From assembly GCF_009834535.1 (NCBI RefSeq), contig NC_045696.1, forward strand, positions 102,178,001-102,242,000: 64,000 nucleotides of DNA, written 5' to 3'. Shown piece by piece: positions 53,614 through 64,000 of the stretch. The notes beneath the pieces were generated by a model. The model made no database searches. It saw only the letters and a program-made list of their open reading frames with translations, and had not been told where the DNA came from. Made by a program: the position numbers and the translations under genes. The stretch's first letter is position 1, and every line of letters starts with the position of its first letter. Source of the DNA: Camelus ferus (taxonomy: Eukaryota).

Positions 53614-53740
53614 CTTTTTTGTTTTTTCCACTTTTTTTTTTTAATTGAAGTACAGTCAGCTTACAATGTTGTGTCACTTTCTGGTGCACAGCGTAATGTT
53701 TCAGTCACACATACACACGTATACATTCCTTTTCATATTC
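53614..53740 (-). mobile_element. Young, extremely 5'-truncated L1 3' tail with TSD
   Basis: Poly-T then aattgaagtacagtcagcttacaatgttgtgtc...ctggtgcacagc. TSD is cagaatctgttt (53602-53613) / cagactctgttt (53741-53752). Confidence 0.85.
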
Positions 53741-54619
53741 CAGACTCTGTTTGTTTGTATTACCCTTTCTCTGTTTTTCAGGGTAGCGTTTGGGTTGTGT
53801 TTTGCTGAAATCTAAGCATGTTTTCACTTACACTTTCTTATATTCTTATAACTTTCTAATGTAGTGATTATAATGGCATGAAGTGGCAAGGCTGTACCAC
53901 GGTGTAGGTAGCTACCCGGGGCAGTGTTAAAGTAGCCCAGGGAAATCCTTGGTAGATCTGGTGCCCAGGATTTTCTGATCTTGGAAGCTGGTTACATTTG
54001 AGGGGAATACTAGATGCTTTCTCCTAGGTCAGGGAAGATAAGAAGGGATGAAATACGATGACTCAGATGAATTGAAAATACAATGTAGAGATAGAGTTTA
54101 TGGCTGTTTCCAAAATCAATGGGAAAGAAAACTGGGACCAGTTAAATGCCTGTCATGGGCATAGAAGAGAGAACTTGTGGTGCTCCCACCAGGTTTGGCC
54201 ATTTCCATGTAACAAGGCTGTAAATCCCTCTATTTGGCTACTAACTTCTAGAAGACAAGACTTATGTTTTATTCCTTATTGTATCTCCAGTGGCTAGCTT
54301 TAGCATAAGGTAAACAGTTGACCAATATTCGGAAATAGATGGGAATAGAATTAAGAGTACAAATAATGATTTTAAACTATTTTCAAGTTTGATTTATGGG
54401 CTAGGGTTGTCTCATAAATAGTTCTTAAATGTAAGCTACTAAATCTACGATATCTCAGAAAATATTGTTGGTTTCTAGGTGGGAAAAGATGTATCCCCTG
54501 AGAAATTTAAAATTCAGCCTTGACCTTATGAGAGTTCGTGGTTTAAATTTATATTTCCTATGATATCAACAATACCCAAACTTAAAAATAAGTTTAAAAC
54601 ATGATCTTAGGTTGGAAAT

Positions 54620-55890
54620 ATCCCTAGAAAAACTGGCAAAAACAAAGACAAAGCATCTTTGGAGTCCACTTTCTAGGCCAAGGTCACAAAGATACCACCT
54701 CTGCTAAAACTCCACCAACATTAGCTCATAATTCAAAATTTAAAATCCACAAGGAAACAAACCACTATGAGAGACAGAAGAAATAGCAAACAACAGAATT
54801 AGACACCAAGATTTTCATATATGAGTAATTGGATAAGAATAATAAAATGTATATATTTAAAATGATTAAAGAAGTAGAAGATGGAAGCAAAAATAAGAAA
54901 GGAAAATAAATTACTAAAATAAGGAACAAACAGATCAAAGGATTTTCAGTTCTTGGAATATTAACAGTAATCCACCTTATGTAAAATATGTTTGTTATAA
55001 TAGAATGCATAACTTCCAACCTGGTGAAGAAATAAAGAAGAAAAAAGTCAATCCATACAAATGTAGACAGGAAATGGGAACAACAACAAAATCCCCAAAG
55101 CATAGAAAAGCAGGGTAATTTGAAAGTAGACAGAAATAAAATCAAATACATTAATAGTAGGCAAATGGACTAAACTCATGACTTAAAAGGAAGAGACTTT
55201 CAGATCTAACTTTTAAATTTTTTTACTGGAGTATAGAATATAGAAGGGAAAATGCGTATAAGTGCACAGCTTACTGAATTTTTGTGAACTGAACTCAACT
55301 GTGTTAAACACCACCCAAGTTAAGAAACATTACCAGACCCTCAGAAGCCCCTCTCATGCATCTTTCAGTCACTTCCCTGCTCTTCCCCAAAAGAGTAACC
55401 ACTATCTTGACTCTAACATCATAGACTAATTCTTCCTTTTATTCTAGATTAGATTAAAGATGAACATATGTAAAGTAAAACTCATAAAACTTTCAGAAGA
55501 CAGTGTTTATGATCTCAGAGTTTGCAAAGACTTCTAAAGCACATAAAGTATATAAAGGAAAAGACTGATCAATTTGACTTCACTAAAATAAAGAAGTTTT
55601 GTTCATCAAAAGACATCACAAAAACAGTAGGAAGTCTAGTCACAAACAAGAGAAAATATTTGCAATTTGACATATAACTGCCAAATGATCAGTATCCAGA
55701 ATATATATAAAAATTCCTACAAATCAATAAGGAAAAATAAACTACCCATTAATTTGAAAACTAGACTAAGATATTAGGTATTTAATATGAGAAGAAATAT
55801 TAATAGCCATCAATATATCACAAAATGGTCAACATTAGTGGTCACATAGGGAATTCAAATTAAAACCATAACTACAGGTTAAAAATACTG
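54620..55890 (+). mobile_element. Old L1/HAL1-like fragments (ORF1-like and ORF2 3' part), with an inverted L1 3' piece at about 55220-55440
   Basis: A-rich L1 motifs: aaatggactaaactc, aaagactgatcaatttgacttcactaaaataaagaagttttgttcatcaaaagac, gaaaatatttgcaa, caaattaaaaccataa. Confidence 0.7.
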
Positions 55891-55904
55891 AAATATATAA
55901 TTTA

Positions 55905-56080
55905 TTGGCTAAGAGCACAGACTCTGCAGTCAGCCTAGCTGGGTTCAAATCCCAGATCCACATACCTAATTGTATGTTCTCAGGCAGGTTACTGCACTTC
56001 TTTGGGCTTTGGTTTCCTTGCTTATAAAAAGGCTAATAATTCTTCCTGCCTTATGAAGACATTAACCTCATTAAGATTTT
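55905..56080 (+). mobile_element. MIR SINE
   Basis: tggctaagagcacagactctgcagtcagcctagctgggttcaaatcccag...ggcaggttact. Confidence 0.8.
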
Positions 56081-56084
56081 CATT

Positions 56085-57217
56085 TGTTTAGGCTGAAATC
56101 TTTGTGTCATCTTTGGCCTTCAGCAAATCCCTTCACTTCTATTTTAAAAATGTATACAAAATTTTCTCTCCTTTCACAAGCCCCATCACTCCCACTCTGG
56201 TCCAGCTTCACTGACATCTTCATCGTGGATTATTATAATAACCATCTGGCCTTCCCACTTCAGCACTGGCCCCTGTAGGCTATTTGCAACATGGTAGCCA
56301 GAATAATGGTGCTAAAGCATAATCAGAACCATGCCATTCTATCCTTCAGAATCTTCCAGTGCCTTCCCATGGTCCCTAGAAAAAGCCAAAATCCTTACTA
56401 AGTCCTACAGATCCCTAGATCACCTTGTGAGCTCCTGATTCTCACTCTGATCTGTTTTTCTTCCATTCTGCTTCTCCGCTCCAGCCACACTGGCTTCCTT
56501 GATATTCCTTAGAGCCTTTGTGTTGCTGCTCACTCTACTTGGATTGTTCCTCTTCCAGATGTCCACTTGGCTTGCCTCACTGTTTTTTTAAAGTCTTTAC
56601 TTGAAAGTCTCTTTTCAGTGATAACTTCATTGGACACTATCTAAAATTTCAACACTTACCTTGATACGTTTTTTTCAACCTCCGAGAGGGGAAACCAAAG
56701 GCCAAAAATAACCTGAAGCAATTGAAATTCCTGGGCCAAAGGCAGTGTTCAGCCAACACATTGAATAACCCCACTTTTTCCTACCTAGCTTCCTGTCTTG
56801 GCCACACAACACATCAGGTAACTTCTGACCTCGGCACTTTCCCTCTGAATTTTCTCCATCAGTCTTGCCCTCTTTTTGGAGGGGGGGATTTGGAGGGGGT
56901 TAGCTGGGACTGCTGTCTAATAGCTGCAGCTCTCATCTCCCTGGCAGCAGAGTGAACTCCTTGGGAAAAAAAACTTGATATTTTATATCTCCCTTTCTTG
57001 CTTTATTTTTTTACCTTTAGCTCATATCACTAATATACTATATATTTTAGTTATTTTTCTTGTTTAGTGTCTCCTCTACAGAATTTAAGTTCCAAAAGAT
57101 AAGGATTTTTGTCAGTTTTATTCACTACTGCATCTCCAGCACCTAGAATAGTGGCTGACACATAATTAAGTCCTCAATAACTTTCTGTTGAGTGAATGAA
57201 TGAATGAATGAATGAAT
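56085..57217 (+). mobile_element. L2 LINE 3' region ending in (TGAA)n, interrupted at 56667-56973
   Basis: ctccagccacactggcttccttg...tcactactgcatctccagcacctagaatagtggctgacaca...ctcaataa...tgaatgaatgaatg. Confidence 0.88.
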
Positions 57218-57219
57218 GT

Positions 57220-58460
57220 CTAGTTTGGGCAAGTATGTGGAGCAACTAGAACATTTACACATTGCCAGCAAGGGTGTAAATTTGAATGACTTTGGAGAAG
57301 CAATTTGACAGTACCAATAAAGTGGAAGATGGGTGTACCTTCTGAACCAGCAATTTCCACTCCTGAGAGACACTCTCTAGTTAAATGCATCATATGTGCA
57401 TCAGGAAACAGGTACAAAAATAGTCAGAGCTCCACTGTTTGCAATAGCAAAGAACTGGAAACAACCCAAATGTTCATTAATAGTAGAATAGATAGCTGCA
57501 TTTCCATTTATTTATACCATATAGGAGGGAAAATGAATGAATCAGACCTGTAGCAAACCAACACAGATGAATCTCAAAAACAGAATATTGAGCAATATAT
57601 TCAATGTGATTTCATTTATATAAATTTGAGAAACATAACAACCAAGTAATATATTGTAGAGAGATGTTAAGATTTGTAGCAAAACTGTAAAGAAAAGCAA
57701 GGCAATAATGTACACAAAATTTAGGATAGTGGTTACCACAGAGGCAGAAAGGAAGAGATGGTATCACAGAGGAGCAGAGAGCAATTCTGAAATGTAAAGT
57801 TCATGTTCTTTTTCTTTAACTGTGTAGAGAATGCATAGACATATGTTATATTACTTCTTTTTTATTTCACAGTTATAAGTATTCTATATTGTCTACTCAA
57901 TATTTAAGAAAAAATGATTTTAAACAAAAATCTAAAGAAAATGATTAAAGAAAAAGATAGGCTATTCACTGAACAGGAATTCCAATTGGTCAATAAACAT
58001 GAGAGGTTGCCCAAACTTACTATTAACCAGTGCTACAAATCAAATAATAATAAGATAAACTCATGAGATTGGCAAAAATTCTAAAAGTTGACCAGGTTAG
58101 GTCTTTTTAAGGTTTTAGAGAAACAGATATTCTAATCAACTGCTCATGAAAAGGTAAGAAGGTATACTCATTTAGAGGGAAATTTGGTAGTATCTATTAA
58201 ATTAATGTGTAAACCTACAACCAGCAAATTTTCAAAGTGGTACCATTTTTTTCCTTTAGTATATTTTCAAAAGAATTCCATTTTGAAAAACATACAAAAA
58301 ATAATATTTTATGAGTATACCTTTCTAGATATAAGTAGACTACATGGGATGAGAGAGGGAGAGACCAGGAGGATGGTCAAAGGGGATTCTCTCATCTGTA
58401 ATGTTCTAATTATTTTTAAGCATATTTATGTATTGTTGGTTTAATTATATTTAATTTTAC
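57220..58460 (+). mobile_element. Old L1 (L1ME-type) 3' ends
   Basis: gagcaactagaac...ccagcaatttccactcct...aatagcaaagaactggaaacaacccaaatgttcattaatagtagaatagata...gatgaatctcaaaaac. Confidence 0.8.
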
Positions 58461-58469
58461 AAAAGAAAT

Positions 58470-59930
58470 ATAATTAAAGCTGTATACCAAAATTTGCAGC
58501 TAATTTAATGTAGTGTTTACATGAAATTAGAGCACTTATAGCCTTTAATGTTTATATTAAAAACTACAAAGGACTTAAATTTAATAAGTTAGAGTATCAG
58601 TTTAAGAGGTTAAAAAAGGAACAAGCAGAACAAATGCAAGGAATAAAATTAAGAAAAAAAAACAGAGATAAAGCAGAAAAAAAGAAATAGAAAACAAAAC
58701 AGTAGAGATCAGCAAATTCAAAAGTTATTTCTTTGAAAAGATAAAGTAGACAATTTTTTTTTAAATTGAAGTATAGTTGATTTACAATGCTGTGTTAGTT
58801 TCAGGTATACAGCATAGTGAATCAGTTAAGTATATACATATATATTCCTTTTCAAATTCTTTTTTAATTATAGTTTATTGTAAGATATTTAATATAGTTC
58901 CCTGAGCTATACAGTAGGTCTTTCTAATAGTGTGTATACGTCAATCCCAAACTCCTAATGTATCCTTCCCTGCCCTTTGGTAACCATAAGATTGTTTTCT
59001 ATGTCTGTAAGTCTGTTTCTATTTTGTAAATAAGTTCATTTGTGTCATTTTTTAAAATATTCCACGTATAAGTGGTATTTGTCTTTCTCTGTCTGACTTA
59101 CTTCACTTAATAAGATAATAGGTCCATCCAAAAATAGACAATCTTGATAAGGCAAAAAGAGAGAGCAAAACTTAAGAATGTTAGACAAGAAAAGAAGGAC
59201 ATAGCCACAGGTGCTGTGGAGTTAAAAAGATATGAACATGTCATGCACAATTGATGCAAATAAATCTAAAAACTTAGATGAAATGGACAATTTCTTAGAA
59301 ACATACAACTTATCAAAACTGTCTGAAGGGGAGAAAACTGAATAGACCTATAGTCATTAAAGAAATGGAATTAGTTGCTAAAAATCCCTTCACCAAAACA
59401 CATGGTCCAGATTGTTTTATAGGTGAGTTCTATCTAACTTTCAAGAAACAGATCATTCTATTTTATACAAACCTTTCAAAAAAAAAAAAAAAAGATAAAG
59501 GAGGAATGCTCCCCAAATCATTTCATGGAGCTATTATAATACTCCTGAAATAAAAGCCAGTCAATGGCAGTAATAAGTATGAAAAGTATATGCCAATCTC
59601 ACTTATGAACATAGATGCAAGTGTTGTGAACACAATACCAGCAAGCCAAATTCACCAGTGTCAAAATACATTATTACTGAGCTGGGTTTGTCCCGGGAAT
59701 GTAAGTATGTTCTAATGTTAGAATATTGTAAGTATAATTTACCCAGAAATAAATGAAAAGAAAATATCTCAGTAGATACAGAAAATGCATTGAATATGAA
59801 AGATTCAACACATATTGGTCTTTTAAATTCTTGGCAAAGTATAGAAGGGAAGAATTTCCTTTGTCTGATGAAAGATATCTGGCCAAAACCCATAGGAAAC
59901 ATCATACATGGCAGTGAACCTTCAGAAGTG
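58470..59930 (+). mobile_element. Old L1 ORF2 remnant (disrupted)
   Basis: aaaacttagatgaaatggacaatttcttagaaacatacaacttatcaaaactg...ggtccagattgttttataggtgagttcta...tctcacttatgaacatagatgcaa. Confidence 0.85.
58755..59130 (-). mobile_element. Younger L1 3' end nested in an older L1, with TSD
   Basis: Poly-T then aattgaagtatagttgatttacaatgctgtgttagtttcaggtatacagcatagtga...tctgacttacttcactta. TSD is aaagtagacaat (58743-58754) / aaaatagacaat (59131-59142). Confidence 0.88.
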
Positions 59931-60789
59931 TAATCCTTTTTAAATCATTTAGTATTCTTCTTTTGATGTATGTTTTGGTTGTCTTCCATATTTTTCTATT
60001 TTAATCAGTGAACATCTTGATGTAAATCTATGTATACGTGTCACATTATTTCCTTAGGGAAAATTCCTTGAAATAGAACTGTTCTGATCAAGGTACATCC
60101 TATAAATTTTATTGTATTTTCCTAAATTTCCACAAAGGAAGATTGTGCAAACTTACAGTGATACAAAGCAGTTCCTAAGAGTTCCCTTTTTATTTAATTA
60201 TGTATTCAACAGATATTTACTAAGCATTATGATATGCTAAGCTCTCTGCTGGGAGTTGATGTTCAGTGACAAATACAAAAATTGTGCTCGGCCCCCTTCT
60301 GGAGATTACGACTAGTTTTGGGGTCATCTGTACATCTTCTTTAAGGAATTGCCTGTTTGGGACTTTGCCCAGTTTTCTGAGTTTTCAGTTTGATTTCCCA
60401 GAAAGCAAGATTCTAGGATATTTGGCGTCTGAAGTATAGAGGTACAAGGAATGGGATCTCTTTGGGTAAAATGACTTTGTTTTCCAAACCAAAAATAGAA
60501 CAGATGGTGGAAAGCACAACAGTACTTAGATGGGGACAAAAGAACAAAGTATTTGAAAATAGGTCGGTCCCAAAGAGTCTGAAATATATGATTTTTCACC
60601 CTTAGAAAGGGAAGCAGTGCCCCACACCGAGAGGCCAAGGGCACAGGCCACAGACTGCATCATAGTCCCAGTTTTGCCTTGAGCAGGCTCTGCAGCACTC
60701 CTGATGTGGGCAGTAATTTGACTCAGATTAAACTCAGAAACCCCTATAGAGGAGGTTCAATACCATTTATCATTCTCAGTCAGCAACTT

Positions 60790-61750
60790 TCACTTTAAAA
60801 AAATAATACAAAACTTGGTGATGACAAGATAGTGAACTAGCTTCAGCTGCTGGCTCCTTCCTCCCAAATCAAACCTGGAGACACTACATAATTGAGAGGA
60901 AACATGGAACTGAGCAAGTAATAAAAACTCTAAGAACACCTGGAGAGGCCAGAGGTGGTCTTGAAGTGTTGTGGAGAGGCCACACCTGCACAGCAGCCCA
61001 AAGCAGGAGCCAGGAGGGAGGATCAGTGAGAGATTTTTAACTTCTGCACTCACCTCCTGCCCTCACCGTTTTGGGGTGATCTTCACCCGCATAATAGCAA
61101 TAGCCTAGGGCATCCACTGTGGTGTCAGGAGTAGCATCTGGGCAGTAAAGAAGCTGATGAAAGTGCAGGGTGACCAGTTGTCTTGCCCTTGAGTATCTTC
61201 TCCATCTCCTATGCCTCCAAAACCCCTGGCTGGTGGAAAATGACCTAGAGAGACTGCCTCTTCCCAGTGTTGCTTTGTTCTAAAGATTTAAAGGTGAGTC
61301 CCTGACAGAGGAATTGCCAGAGGAGTGAACCCAATTCAATTTCTGTGGAGTGATCAAAAAATGTGATGGTTCTGGGGGGCTTCCTCCTCCCTGAAGCTCA
61401 TCCCTTCCCATAGCCTAAAAATCACTGAGGGGACACTCTAGTGTGTATCCCTCATAACATTTCCTCATAACATTGGCAGACAGGATTGACCCCAGGAAAA
61501 TATGAGCTCACAGGCCAAAATAACAAGATGTCCAATGAGCACAACCACTATAAAACAGAGACCAAAATTTGGACACGAACCACAAGAAGCAACATTATTG
61601 GAACAGACAAGCTGACAATTTATAACAGGCAGAATTAGTATCCTTAAAGAGATAAAGGAGAATATTAGTAACACGGAACAGGTACAGGATGTTGTACAAC
61701 TAAGCAAATGGAAATACTAAATACAAAAAGAAGTTAAAATAGAGAAAAAC
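60790..61750 (+). mobile_element. Probable old L1/HAL1 5' region or ORF1 remnant
   Basis: A GC-richer segment followed by A-rich tatgagctcacaggccaaaataacaagatg...caaccactataa...ccttaaagagataaagg, similar to 54720-54900. Confidence 0.45.
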
Positions 61751-64000
61751 AGACACCACTTTTATTCAAACAAAGTTACAATCAGTCAATTAATGGAAGT
61801 CAGTTAAAGCAAGAAATCATTAAAAAATGACACAAATATCTCCAACATTTAATTGTCACTTGTATAAATGCATATTAATTTGCCAATCTTTTGATAAAGA
61901 TTCAGTGCTTTTTCTTTGAATCTTAGAGTTCTAGGATGTCTTTCTTGCACAAAGCATACCCAAAATATATCTACCAGAACTTCCAGTTTCTATTTCTGTT
62001 CTTTAGTTCAGAGCCAAGAATTAAAAGACATCAGCAAAGCATGTAAGTTGAGAATCCTTCTATATTTAAATATATTTTTGGTAACATTTTATGGTTGTCC
62101 TGCTCACTACCAATTTAGTAGCATTTTCTAAGCAACTAAATTTTACCAAGTCTTTTCTACACATTTAACTTATTTTTTTTGAAAAACATCAACTCTTTCT
62201 TTCATAGTCATACTAAATCTACATAGTTAAATTAACAACTACAAATAGCAATTTAAAGCAAAGATAAATAGATTTTGGAACAAGTGGAAATGGCTCTTGT
62301 TAAGCCTAAAGTTTTTGTGGTGGGAGCAGAACTGACTTGGGCACACTGGAGAGTAACCTAGTGCCATCTGCATGAGGTGTGCAGGAAGCATTGGTCACTG
62401 TGCTTTCCAGGAGGAATGGAGGGATAAGCAAGAGACTGGAGACTGATTAAGAGCTTCTAATGCACATCTATAGCAGAGTCTTCCCCTCTCTATATTTGAT
62501 TTGCTTTACATATAAACTCATTTTGAACATCATCAAAAATACACATGTAGCCCAAGAGAACATTCTGAGGGATCTTTGTAGAATGCCTAAAGAGTTCGGA
62601 ACAATAATAAAATTAGCTCCAAACCACCAAAGTAAGTCAAAGCTAAAATTCTCATTCAGAATTGATTTACGCATGCATGATTTTTATGTGAAAATATAAC
62701 TGCTTTCCTTGGAAACAAAGAGAAATGCATTCTCATACTGTAATAATTCATAATTTTTGACATTTTGCCTGTATTGTCCAGGGTGTACAGTAGCAAAGAG
62801 GCTTTAAGGAGGGGGTTTTATAAATCTTGCTGAAAAAGAAAGCTCAACAAAGTTAATTGGTGTAAAATAAGAGTTTTCTGGAGGTCAATACAAGCACTGA
62901 GAATCTACACTCACTGCATTTTAACTGCCCATTACAAAGAAACAAGCCAAACAAACTTAATTTTCATCAGCTATTGATTTATCGATATTTGCGCCTTCAT
63001 AAAAATCATTTGGTAGCTGTTTTCTAATTAAATGGCATTAGTCAAATGTCATGTATTTGTTGTCTTCATTTTCATTGATTTCTCTGATCTATAAAGACTT
63101 TTTCACTCTCCAGTTTCTTATCATGCTTAGCACAATCAATGTTCTACTCTAAGCTTTAAGCCTTCTATTGAATGCCTTTCCATAATCCAATTCACCATAA
63201 TTCAGAAATTGAATTAAAAATCTTCTGTAAAAGGAAATGATTTTTAACTCTTAGTTTTGTTTTTTCTTTCCTTTGTCAGTGAAGTCAATTAACTCTATAA
63301 CTATCTGAAAAACATAAAATTAAGAGTTTGAACCTTACCGTTTACATATAGTATAAAGTTGAATGTTATGTATATGCATTAGACTTAAAGTCATATTGAA
63401 ATACACAAGAAAAAAATCTATACCTCTTTACATTCTAAATTGTGCAATATCTACCTCCATGTATTGTAAAAAGATGACCTCAAAGCAAAAGGAAAAATTG
63501 AACAAAGAGTTTGGTCAGGTTAAATAGCAAATCAGTTGAATCAGTCTTCAAATTATTTTCCCTCAAAAATAGAAGATGGAATAATGTTTGTAAAATAGTT
63601 TTTTCTGAGAAGTTCTGATTACTGTTGTACCACTACAGCAGAGTATTCAAAATTAGCTGCTTTAGAAAGTTTATCAAAGGAGTTCAAATATGATAGATGC
63701 ACTAACATAAATGACAGGGTTTATTAGGAATAACGTAATATGAAGCAAAGAAGCCCTTGAAATTTTCAAGCTAGTGATACAAACACATGCTTCAACTTCT
63801 CACTCTGAAATCCTGAGGCAAAGTTTTTTTCAATGAATACTGGTTTGACTCTAGTGTTTCACATTTGTCCGAATATTCTACTGCATTACACTGTGAAATA
63901 GCTGATCATGAAACAACACAGAATCATGTCCTCCATCCTAGGTGTTTCACTTTGCAGCACTTTTATCAAGGCAATGGGAGGGCATGGAGAAGTCAAACAC

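Noticed and set aside
54765..55151. 128 aa hydrophobic minus-strand ORF
   Set aside because: It is the antisense reading of an A-rich L1 remnant, which gives F/L/I-rich pseudo-membrane sequence.
59365..59553. ORF with L1 ORF2-like peptide (GPDCFIGEFYLTFK)
   Set aside because: It is a decayed L1 ORF2 fragment, not a functional gene.
27781..64000. Search for the next SLC9A9 exon (expected to begin LFEFMNFLAEN)
   Set aside because: Not found by eye; presumably downstream of the window.

Overview
This is mammalian (eutherian, non-primate, probably cetartiodactyl) genomic DNA from inside a very large + strand gene. I recognise the gene as SLC9A9 (endosomal Na+/H+ exchanger NHE9). Three internal coding exons are present: 7654-7792, 10426-10531 and 27692-27780. 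They splice in frame to (Y)[111 protein letters not shown]. The first intron between them (7793-10425) is a minor-spliceosome U12-type AT-AC intron. The rest is intron filled with old MIR, L2, L1, LTR and DNA-transposon relics, plus two younger 5'-truncated L1 tails with target-site duplications (TSDs). The most unusual unexplained structure is a ~190-bp-arm, ~90%-identical inverted repeat (43091-43280 / 43755-43943) with a competing local fold-back hairpin. There is also an unidentified ~300-bp poly(A)-ended, TSD-flanked insertion inside an L2. The supplied ORF track is essentially noise. I see no evidence of a novel multi-gene system. Repeat subfamily names and boundaries were assigned by eye and are approximate.
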